From a virus, in the IMG/VR virus record IMGVR_UViG_3300008255_000025: 45,413 nt of DNA; one strand, 5' to 3'. Below are positions 32,673 to 40,337 of this stretch, piece after piece. Every line of letters begins with the position of its first letter. The stretch's first letter is position 1. The notes below the pieces were generated by a model. The model was not told the DNA's origin, did no database searches, and was given only the letters and a program-made list of their open reading frames with translations. The translations under genes were made by a program, and so were the position numbers.

Positions 32673-32954
32673 TCATTTTGTTTTCTGGATTAATTCAACG
32701 CTATAAAGCTTGTTATCAATCGGCAAATTGACAAGCGATTGACCGTTCACCAATTTGCAAATCAGTGTAAGGACTGTTTCGTCCGGTAAAACGCGCAAGA
32801 GCATTAGCAAGCTACGTTCATTGAACGCTTTATAGATTGGCTTATCGTTGCCTGTTTTGAGGCAAAGCAAAGCGTCAACCCGTTGCGTTTTGTTGTGGTG
32901 ACTGCCAAGCCTAACGGCTGGCAATACAGGCTTTGAATGACGTAGTATGGACAT
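32673..32954 (-). CDS. Hypothetical 93-aa protein. First cistron of the leftward arm, bracketed by the inverted repeat.
   Basis: ATG at 32954 has AAAGGAG 6-7 nt upstream. No motif recognised. Confidence 0.6.
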   Translation of the reverse strand: MSILRHSKPVLPAVRLGSHHNKTQRVDALLCLKTGNDKPIYKAFNERSLLMLLRVLPDETVLTLICKLVNGQSLVNLPIDNKLYSVELIQKTK

Positions 32955-32981
32955 AGGTTATCTCCTTTCAAATGGGTTGAA

Positions 32982-33008
32982 CCTTTCCACGGTTCATATC
33001 CCCATAGC
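32982..33008. repeat. Inverted repeat, right arm (CCTTTCCACGGTTCATATCCCcatagc)
   Basis: See the left arm. This arm also contains a local hairpin: TGAACC-gtggaaa-GGTTCA on the minus strand. Confidence 0.9.
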
Positions 33009-34234
33009 GACACTTTGAAGCGTCACTATAGAGACACGAAATAGCTAGGCGGTAGCTACCATTACAGCAATTGTTCCTAGCTAGTGAGAGGGCCGCCTGT
33101 TCTATTGTCAATTCCACCTAAAGCGCCGGAACCTATCGTCAAATATGACTGCTTGTCTCTCAATTCAGAACATACCCAAAGCGTTAAATGCGCCTCATAC
33201 GTTCAAATCCGGTTCAGGGGAATTACGCGCCTATTTGCGACCCCTAGCCTAACCCGCTTCCCTTGCAATCGGAATATAGCCGTTAGACTGCCTAGCTTTA
33301 CAGACGTTTCACGCTAGCCGATAAAACTAGCGGAGCGACGACTTGCAAAGGCCCGTTGATCGCTTACCCTATTTGCGCCAGCACTAGGACGTCACTCCTA
33401 GTCGTTAAGCTATCCCTGACACCTAACCAATATAGCTAAGACGGGAACCTTTGGCGCTTTCCGTTCAACCGGGCAAGCTATGTAAATTCAGCATATCGGC
33501 CACTAAAGGCCCGTTTAATAGGGAAAGACGTTAAACCCGTTTTCTTTCCTTCCGCGGCCAATGGCTGAAAGCCGAGCCGATATGTCTCGACTTGCTTAAC
33601 AGCATGATTTTTAGTCGATAGCGGAATGAGACGAACCGTGCATTTTGAGCGATGAACAGAGTAAGACGGGTAGTATAATACCTTTGAAAGTGCTTGCGTA
33701 ATAATGTTGCGTAAGTTTCGTGATCGTTTATTATATAGTTGCGTCTCTAATACAACTAGACAACGCTTATGCGGGACGGCTGGAAATACGGCATATGTTA
33801 CGGTTACTATACCTAACGATATCAATAAGTTACGTTGTAAAAGACACCAACACAGGACTAGAAGTGGTCTAGCGACTACAGTTGTAGTCAATGTTATCGC
33901 TATTGCAAGTCATTAGCAGGGGGGGGGTGGCTCACTGTTTTAGCACAGTAACACAGGGGGCGGGGAAGGGGGGTATACCGTGAAATGGCGTGAGACTCTG
34001 TCAGGGAGATAACCCACCTAACGTCCTAGAAAAAAAATTAGGATTTTACCTTTTTGAGTCTATAAAGTAACCTACCCAAGGTTTATCATTCTTCTAACCA
34101 TTCTCTTGACAAGAAGAGAGGGCTCGCACAGCTCGCCCCAGTCATGGTAAGAGGTCCTTATCCTTTGTTTATTCCTTTTTAATGCTCTTATCTCCCACTT
34201 TTTCATTTTTCTTTGTTGATTTTTCATTTTTTCC
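33009..34234. other. ORF-free, hairpin-rich intergenic region between the divergent arms. Candidate ncRNA, origin or packaging-site region.
   Basis: The only ORFs of 60 aa or more here are three with non-ATG starts, no SD and implausible sequences. At least six perfect 5-7 bp hairpins, 9 CTAG tetramers in 357 bp, and short direct repeats. Confidence 0.7.
33919..33973 (+). repeat. G-tract cluster: G9-tgg-[hairpin]-G5-c-G4-aa-G6
   Basis: Read directly: caGGGGGGGGGtggctCACTGttttagCACAGTaacacaGGGGGcGGGGaaGGGGGGtat. Confidence 0.9.
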
Positions 34235-34263
34235 TTGACAAGTGGCCTTGAAAATGTTATAAT
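34235..34263 (+). promoter_or_regulatory. Consensus sigma70 promoter with an extended -10 and a T-rich upstream element, driving the packaging/structural arm
   Basis: TTGACA-17 nt-TATAAT with TGt upstream of the -10. A T-rich UP-like tract lies at 34160-34234. Confidence 0.8.
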
Positions 34264-34360
34264 ACTCTTATAAGGTAATGTGATTAAAAAAAGTTATATA
34301 AAAAAGTAATTAGAAAAATGATTAACTTTGTATATGTAACTTTCTAGTGGGGTGGATTTT

Positions 34361-34459
34361 ATGGAAATTTTAGGATATGTCGCAATTGGGGCAATTGTCC
34401 TTGCAACCATAATAGGTTTTGCCCTCTTGGTGGCTCTTGCAGACGGTATGGGCCGATAA
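34361..34459 (+). CDS. Small hydrophobic membrane peptide (32 aa, MEILGYVAIGAIVLATIIGFALLVALADGMGR)
   Basis: Hand-translated. GGTGGA lies 4 nt upstream. It ends 3 nt before the next ATG. Confidence 0.45.
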   Translation: MEILGYVAIGAIVLATIIGFALLVALADGMGR

Positions 34460-34462
34460 CAC

Positions 34463-34711
34463 ATGGCTACTCCTGCGAGACAGAGGGCTCAAAAGAAGTA
34501 CAATAAAAAGCCCGTACAAAAAAAGAACCGGGCACGTCGGAATGCAGCTCGTGCCAAGATGATCAAAGCCGGCAAAGCCCGTAAGGGTGACGGCAAAGAT
34601 GTAGCCCACAAGGATAACAGACCAAGCAACAACAAGAGGTCAAACCTCAAGATGCAGTCCAAAGCGAAGAATCGCTCTTTCCCAAGGAACAAACGTGCCG
34701 GACGTAAGTAA
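34463..34711 (+). CDS. Minimal, very basic HNH-like (HNH_3-type beta-beta-alpha-metal) protein next to the terminase
   Basis: GDGKDVAHKDNRPSNNKRSNLKMQSKAKN fits the H-x-D...NN...NL...N pattern. About 40% of residues are K/R. Confidence 0.5.
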   Translation: MATPARQRAQKKYNKKPVQKKNRARRNAARAKMIKAGKARKGDGKDVAHKDNRPSNNKRSNLKMQSKAKNRSFPRNKRAGRK

Positions 34712-34913
34712 GAAGACTGGGTACGAAATCATGTACGCACAGGATGATGACGGATGGACCGAATGGGTCGCCCCTACACAGCCCTCATATATGATGGAGT
34801 GTTGCGACTGCGGACTGGTCCATGAATTTGAGTTCGACATCGGAGACGCTGATAACGGACGTAAAGGAGTTCCTGTCTTTAGGGCTCGGCGAATAGAGGA
34901 TGCTACAGAATAA
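34695..34913 (+). CDS. Hypothetical small protein
   Basis: 72-aa ORF with a GTG start that has AAGGAA 5 nt upstream. CCDCGLVHEF motif. The stop overlaps the TerS ATG (TAATG). Confidence 0.5.
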   Translation: MPDVSKKTGYEIMYAQDDDGWTEWVAPTQPSYMMECCDCGLVHEFEFDIGDADNGRKGVPVFRARRIEDATE

Positions 34914-35518
34914 TGGAACCAGTGAGTAAAGATGACGGCAGCCTTCTGAATGATATCCTCACTCCTAAACTGAGTGATACGCTACACACGAACAAAGCTG
35001 TGTCGATGCAGAAGAAGAAGAGAGCCACAATCAGCGCCAAAGCAAAGGCTGCTATCGAGAGTGGTGATATTCAGGCTGTAATCGACTCCCTCACAGGCAA
35101 ACAGCTTCGTTTTGTTGAAGAGTACGTCTTGGACCCTAATGGCACTCAGGCGATCCTTAAAGCGGGTTATCAGACTAAGCATCCTAACCGTATGGCGTTC
35201 CAGCTCCTTGAGAACCCCGCTATTAGGTTAGCGATCGACTCTCTTCGTGCAGAGCGTATGAAACAGTCTGACGTGACGAAGGATTATGTCCTCGACAAGA
35301 TCGTCAAGGCTCTTGAGTCCGCAGAAACCGATAAACAGTATCAGGCAGTCCTTCGGGCAGCAGAGCTCCTTGCTAAGCACCTCGGTATGTTTGTAGAACG
35401 CACTGAGATCAGTGGCCCTGATGGGGACGCTATCCAGTACGAGAAAGTACAAGAAGACGCAACAGCTTTCACCAGCGCAATTGTTGGTCTCGCTAACCGA
35501 GCGAAAGGAAAGACATAA
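34913..35518 (+). CDS. terS: Terminase small subunit (Terminase_2/P27 family)
   Basis: LTGKQLRFVEEYVLDPNGTQAILKAGYQTKHPNRMAFQLLENPAIRLAI. Confidence 0.85.
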   Translation: MEPVSKDDGSLLNDILTPKLSDTLHTNKAVSMQKKKRATISAKAKAAIESGDIQAVIDSLTGKQLRFVEEYVLDPNGTQAILKAGYQTKHPNRMAFQLLENPAIRLAIDSLRAERMKQSDVTKDYVLDKIVKALESAETDKQYQAVLRAAELLAKHLGMFVERTEISGPDGDAIQYEKVQEDATAFTSAIVGLANRAKGKT

Positions 35519-35520
35519 AA

Positions 35521-35628
35521 ATGTCAGAGTCTAACTCACCGTGGAAGTATGTAATAAAACATTTCAAAGAACTTATTAAAGACCCAAAAACTGGGAAGCT
35601 TATTGAAAAAGCAAAAAAGAAGAAATAA
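35521..35628 (+). CDS. Possible 35-aa lysine-rich peptide (MSESNSPWKYVIKHFKELIKDPKTGKLIEKAKKKK)
   Basis: Hand-translated. It exactly fills the TerS-TerL gap. No clear SD. Confidence 0.3.
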   Translation: MSESNSPWKYVIKHFKELIKDPKTGKLIEKAKKKK

Positions 35629-35631
35629 TAT

Positions 35632-37047
35632 ATGAATGAGCAAATATCTCCGGCACAATTGCTGGCCTCTCTCCCTGAAGAGGAAAGAGTAAAAGCGTTG
35701 GAGGAGATGTCTCCCGAACTCAAAGCCTCCCTTAAATACTATTGGAGGTTCTGGGCTAGGCCTGATCAATTATATCCTGAAGGAGACGACTGGTCTACTT
35801 GGCTTATTCTTGCTGGTCGTGGTTGGGGGAAGACTCGCTGCGGGGCTGAGACTATTAGAGATTGGGTCTGTGGAGACACCCCCCTCGCAAAAGGGAGATA
35901 CTCTCGAATTGCCCTAGTAGCTGAGACTGCTGCCGACGCACGAGACGTTATGGTTCAAGGGGACAGCGGAATCCTCGGAATTCATCCAAAAGACTTCCGA
36001 CCCGTTTATCAACCCTCTCTACGAAAGATTACTTGGCCTAACGGAGCCGTTGCCCATCTTTATAACGCTACAGAGCCAGATCAGCTTCGTGGACCACAGC
36101 ATGACGCTGCTTGGTGTGACGAACTTGCTAAGTGGGCTTATGCTCAAGCAACATGGGATCAACTTCAGTTTGGTCTTCGCCTAGGAGATAATCCTAAGGC
36201 GATTGTTACGACCACCCCTAGACCTATCCCCGTCATCCGGTCTATCTTGGCTGAGGAGACGACTCAGACGACTAGAGGGCGTACTTACGATAACAAGGAC
36301 AACCTCGCTGTTCCGTTCATGCGGCAAATTGAAAACAAGTACGGAGGAACCCGTCTTGGTCGTCAGGAGCTAGAAGGGGAAATCCTCAACGATATTCCCG
36401 GAGCTCTCTGGACACGTAAGTCCATTGATGAACATCGAGTAAGTTCTGCTCCTGAGTCTCTTAATCGAGTAGTTGTTGCAGTTGACCCTGCCGCCTCTAG
36501 CGGAGAGAACGCTGACGAGACAGGTATTGTAGGATGTGCTACTGGGCTTGACAAGGATGGTTACCAACGAGGGTACATCCTCTCAGACAAGTCGTTGAAC
36601 GGTACTCCTGAAGAATGGGCTAGAGCAGCAGTTGCTTTATATAGAGAACTCGATGCTGACCTCATCATAGCGGAGAAGAATAACGGCGGGGAAATGGTTG
36701 AGTCAGTTATTAAAGCTGTTGACCGTAACGTTCCTGTTAAACTTGTTCACGCGTCTAGAGGTAAATACGTTCGTGCTGAACCAATCTCTGCTCTGTACGA
36801 ACAAGGACGGGTCCACCACGTAGGGCAATTCAACGACCTAGAAGATCAAATGTGTACCTTCTCTCCTGATCTAGACCGTAAGATCAACGGATCACCAGAT
36901 AGAATGGACGCTCTCGTGTGGGGTTTAACAGAGTTATTTAATAAGATGACCTCTCGCCGTAAAAAAGAAGATAACACTCAGAAGGTTGAAGACTTTAATC
37001 GAAAGATGTCTCAACTAGAGAACATAGATACAGGTTGGATGGCGTAA
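35632..37047 (+). CDS. terL: Terminase large subunit (GTA/Terminase_6-like)
   Basis: YYWRFWARPDQLYPEGDDWSTWLILAGRGWGKTRCGAETIRDWV (Walker A), WCDELAKW (Walker B) and nuclease Asp motifs (VAVDPA, GSPDRMDALVWG). Confidence 0.9.
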   Translation: MNEQISPAQLLASLPEEERVKALEEMSPELKASLKYYWRFWARPDQLYPEGDDWSTWLILAGRGWGKTRCGAETIRDWVCGDTPLAKGRYSRIALVAETAADARDVMVQGDSGILGIHPKDFRPVYQPSLRKITWPNGAVAHLYNATEPDQLRGPQHDAAWCDELAKWAYAQATWDQLQFGLRLGDNPKAIVTTTPRPIPVIRSILAEETTQTTRGRTYDNKDNLAVPFMRQIENKYGGTRLGRQELEGEILNDIPGALWTRKSIDEHRVSSAPESLNRVVVAVDPAASSGENADETGIVGCATGLDKDGYQRGYILSDKSLNGTPEEWARAAVALYRELDADLIIAEKNNGGEMVESVIKAVDRNVPVKLVHASRGKYVRAEPISALYEQGRVHHVGQFNDLEDQMCTFSPDLDRKINGSPDRMDALVWGLTELFNKMTSRRKKEDNTQKVEDFNRKMSQLENIDTGWMA

Positions 37048-37050
37048 TTC

Positions 37051-39120
37051 ATGGAAACTAATGACACGGGTTCTAAAGAAACCGAAGATTTCAAAACGGT
37101 TGACAACCTAAAAAGCTCTTCTCTCAATAGGGAAAATGTGTCTGAAGAATACGTGCCCGAAGGTTTCGACTCTCAGGACGAGTTCCTTGCGGATATGCGC
37201 GAGAAGTATGAAGCCGACATAAACTACGACAAAGAGAATCGTGACGCCGCTGTTCAAGATAAAATGTTTGCTGCCGGAGACCAATGGGACCCTGTAGTTC
37301 TTGAGTATCGTAAAGGCCTTCCAACACTAACCATTAACTCTGTTCCACAGTTCACTGCACAGATTGTCGGTGACTGGCGGGAAGCTCGCAACGCCATCAA
37401 GGTTCTTCCTTCTGAAGACGGCGATGTAGAGATTGCCTCTGTAAGGGGAGACCTCATTAGAGCTATTGAAGCACAGAGCCGCGCCTCGCGTGTGTACGAC
37501 AGTGGTTTTGAAAGTATGATCCAGTGTGGGGATGGTGCTTGGCGTGTATCAGTAGAGTACGCTAATGAAGATGTATTCGATCAAGACATACACATTCGCC
37601 CTGTAGATGATGCTCTGTCGGCGGTATGGGACCATCTCAGTATCGACCCCACTGGACGGGACGCTACCCACGTATTCCTTGATGACAGACTTCCTCGCAA
37701 AGAGTTTAAGAAGAATTGGAAAGACGCAGACCCCTCTGAACTATCCTCCTCCATGAGGGCAGAGATGATGTCTAACGGTTGGTGCGATGAAGACTCCGTT
37801 CGAGTGACTGAATACTGGCGCATGATCGAGCGCAAACGTCTTCTTACTATGTTTGAAGATGGCTCAATACATTTCATACAAGAAGACACTGACCTTGAAG
37901 AAATGGTCGACAAGCACGGCCTACCTGTAAAGACACGAGTTGCTCCTTGCCGCTACGCTCAGATGCACCTTGTCACTGGATTTAAAATCCTAGAGGGACC
38001 TTACGAGTACAAACTTAATCGGGTCCCTATCATCCGTTGTACGGGTCGTGTAGTCAATATTAACGGAAAGCGTACTCGTTACGGTCTTGTTCGGTTTATG
38101 AAAGACCCTGTGCGTCTCCGTAACTTCTGGCGGTCTATTGCTGCTGAGCAGCTAGGTTACGCTCCGAAGGCTAAGTGGATTGCTCAAGAAAGTTCAGTCG
38201 AAGGTCGTGAAGACGACTTCCGTAAAGCACATCTTAATCGTGATCCTCTCCTCATCTACAATGATGATACAGAAGAGCCAAAGCAAGTACAACCTCCGGC
38301 TATTGAGTCGGCCTTGCTGAACGAAGCAGCTACTAATGCTCAAGACATGAAAGATGTCACGGGTATCCATGACGCTTCCCTTGGCGTTACATCTAACGAG
38401 ACTTCAGGCCGTGCTATCCAAGCTCGTCAACGTGAAGGGGACATCGCTTCTCTTACGTATCACGATAACGGTAACGCTTCGATCCTTGAAACAGGGGACG
38501 TAATCAATCAGCTTATCTCTCAGGTGTACGACGGCACTCGAATTGTCCGTGTTATCGGAGAAGACCAAGAGGCAAAGCTTGTTAAGATTAATGATCCAAT
38601 GGACCCTTCTACTCCTGACCTTTCGGTTGGGAAGTATGATGTAGCGATGACCACTGGTTCTAGTTACACCACTCGTAGAGTTGAAGCTGCCGCTGCTATG
38701 ATTGAGTCTGTGCAGGCTTGGCCACAGATGATGGAGATTGCTGGCGACCTTGTAGCGAAAGCACAGGATTGGCCCGGAGCTCAGGAGCTTGCTGAACGTC
38801 TTAAGAAGGCTATTCCACCTCAACTGCTAGAGGATGCTGACAAGAACCCGATACCACCGGAAGTTCAACAACAGATGCAGGAGATGGAACAAGCTATCAT
38901 GATGCTTCAGGAAGAGAACAAGAAACTCTCTGAAGGCAAAGAAATTGAACACGAGGAAACGCGGATTAAGGCTTACGAAGCGGAAACAAAACGCTTAGGT
39001 CTCGCCGCAGATCAAGAAGGTAAACTAGAGCAGATTGTAGCGAAAGCTATTATGGACGCTCTTAACTCTCCTGATATTACCTCTCCACAAGAATCGCAAC
39101 CTTCAAACCCTGAAGGTTAA
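37051..39120 (+). CDS. Portal protein
   Basis: 689-aa ORF immediately after TerL with an acidic N-terminus and a C-terminal coiled coil. Called from size and position, which are typical. Confidence 0.8.
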   Translation: METNDTGSKETEDFKTVDNLKSSSLNRENVSEEYVPEGFDSQDEFLADMREKYEADINYDKENRDAAVQDKMFAAGDQWDPVVLEYRKGLPTLTINSVPQFTAQIVGDWREARNAIKVLPSEDGDVEIASVRGDLIRAIEAQSRASRVYDSGFESMIQCGDGAWRVSVEYANEDVFDQDIHIRPVDDALSAVWDHLSIDPTGRDATHVFLDDRLPRKEFKKNWKDADPSELSSSMRAEMMSNGWCDEDSVRVTEYWRMIERKRLLTMFEDGSIHFIQEDTDLEEMVDKHGLPVKTRVAPCRYAQMHLVTGFKILEGPYEYKLNRVPIIRCTGRVVNINGKRTRYGLVRFMKDPVRLRNFWRSIAAEQLGYAPKAKWIAQESSVEGREDDFRKAHLNRDPLLIYNDDTEEPKQVQPPAIESALLNEAATNAQDMKDVTGIHDASLGVTSNETSGRAIQARQREGDIASLTYHDNGNASILETGDVINQLISQVYDGTRIVRVIGEDQEAKLVKINDPMDPSTPDLSVGKYDVAMTTGSSYTTRRVEAAAAMIESVQAWPQMMEIAGDLVAKAQDWPGAQELAERLKKAIPPQLLEDADKNPIPPEVQQQMQEMEQAIMMLQEENKKLSEGKEIEHEETRIKAYEAETKRLGLAADQEGKLEQIVAKAIMDALNSPDITSPQESQPSNPEG

Positions 39121-39202
39121 GATATTCGAGCGATAGAAGTTTTAACTGGTCTTCTGTCGAACAACTCGCCCTAAAACTGGTCGCTGTGAAAGGCGCTATT
39201 AA

Positions 39203-40264
39203 ATGTCTAATGAAACTATTAAAGAAGTTGATGTTAATACTGACGACCTCGAACAATTTGACGACCTACTCAGTGGTCGCGCTGTAGCGAAAATCGTTAC
39301 GGAAGAAACTGAGAAGACTGAGGAAGAAAGTGTTGACGACGAATCCGAGGATGATTCCCTCGCAAACGAACAGGAATTAGACGCTGAGGATGACGAGAAT
39401 GAAGACGACTCTGAAGCCGAATCCGACGATGATGACGATCAATCTGATGACGATGAGGATGATGAGAAGGAAGAAGCTCCGAAACCAAAGAAACAAACTG
39501 TTCAAGAACGAATCAATGAAATAACAGCCGCTCGTAGGGAGGCAGAACGCGAAGCAGATATGCTTAAAGGGCGTCTTGCTGAACTTGAAAAGCGTATTTC
39601 AGAGAGAGAGAAGGCACCAGAGGATAAAACTGAAGGTGTTAAATTAGACGAAGGGCAAAGTTCTAACGAGCCTACACCTTCGGACTTGAATGAAGACGGT
39701 TCTGAAAAATATCCTTTGGGTGAATTTGACCCTAAGTTTGTTAAGGACCTTACTAAGTTCCAGTACGAAGAACTGAAGACTCAAGATCGCCTCGAAAGAG
39801 AACGGGAACAAGCCAAGACCGAACTTGAACAAGCTGAGTTAGCCCTCAGGACGGAATGGACAGGTCGAGTAGAAGAAGCTGTAACGAGGTATCCTGACTT
39901 CGAGGAAAGTGTAACAAACCTTGAGGATACTTTTAAAGACGCTGACCCAGCTTTGAGTCAGTATCTAGCTAATACTATTATGCAGTCTGAACACGGTACA
40001 GAAATTCTGTACTACCTCTCTCAAAACGTAGACGAGGCAAAGGAAATTGTAGGTTCCGGAGCCACTAAAGCTACACTCGCTCTAGGAAGACTTGAAGCCA
40101 CGTTGGCTAACAAGAACAAACCTTCCGAAACTCCTGCAAGAAAGGTGACAAAGGCTGGTGCCCCACCTGTTAAACGCTCTCGTGGAGCGAATGGCAACTA
40201 CGGCATCTCTGATGACACCGATGACTTAGAAGCGTTTGAACAGAAGTTCTTTAAAAAGAAATAA
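39203..40264 (+). CDS. Scaffolding protein
   Basis: 353-aa ORF, extremely acidic N-terminal half (DDENEDDSEAESDDDDDQSDDDEDDEKEE) plus coiled coil, located between the portal and capsid genes. Confidence 0.75.
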   Translation: MSNETIKEVDVNTDDLEQFDDLLSGRAVAKIVTEETEKTEEESVDDESEDDSLANEQELDAEDDENEDDSEAESDDDDDQSDDDEDDEKEEAPKPKKQTVQERINEITAARREAEREADMLKGRLAELEKRISEREKAPEDKTEGVKLDEGQSSNEPTPSDLNEDGSEKYPLGEFDPKFVKDLTKFQYEELKTQDRLEREREQAKTELEQAELALRTEWTGRVEEAVTRYPDFEESVTNLEDTFKDADPALSQYLANTIMQSEHGTEILYYLSQNVDEAKEIVGSGATKATLALGRLEATLANKNKPSETPARKVTKAGAPPVKRSRGANGNYGISDDTDDLEAFEQKFFKKK

Positions 40265-40337
40265 CGTTTGTTTACCCGCGATAGGTCATTTAATTACAAC
40301 AACTTCATAACTTAATATAAAGAAAGAGTTAGATAAA

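Noticed and set aside
32636-33008. Invertase-driven phase-variable switch (Gin/Hin-like) or a MITE
   Set aside because: No serine or tyrosine recombinase or transposase is encoded, the arms do not resemble hix/gix sites, and no target-site duplication was seen. It is kept only as a minor alternative inside the inverted-repeat finding.
33023-33034. TCACTATAGAGA resembling the core of T7/SP6-type single-subunit RNAP promoters
   Set aside because: The closed genome encodes no roughly 800-900-aa phage RNA polymerase. Only a 9-nt core matches, which is expected by chance in 90 kb of two-strand sequence, and no second copy was seen.
33201-33210. GTTCAAATCC, a tRNA T-loop-like string in the ORF-free region
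   Set aside because: The flanking bases (atacg / ggttc) do not form a T-stem, and no acceptor stem or anticodon arm can be built around it.
33478-33891. 137-aa minus-strand ORF, plus 33084-33317 and 33704-33916 on the plus strand, inside the ORF-free region
   Set aside because: The two whose start codons I checked (33478-33891 and 33084-33317) begin with TTG or GTG; I did not check the start of 33704-33916. None has a Shine-Dalgarno sequence. The sequences are Cys/Leu/Arg-rich and implausible, and the ORFs overlap one another on opposite strands. They were treated as chance ORFs in roughly 50% GC DNA.
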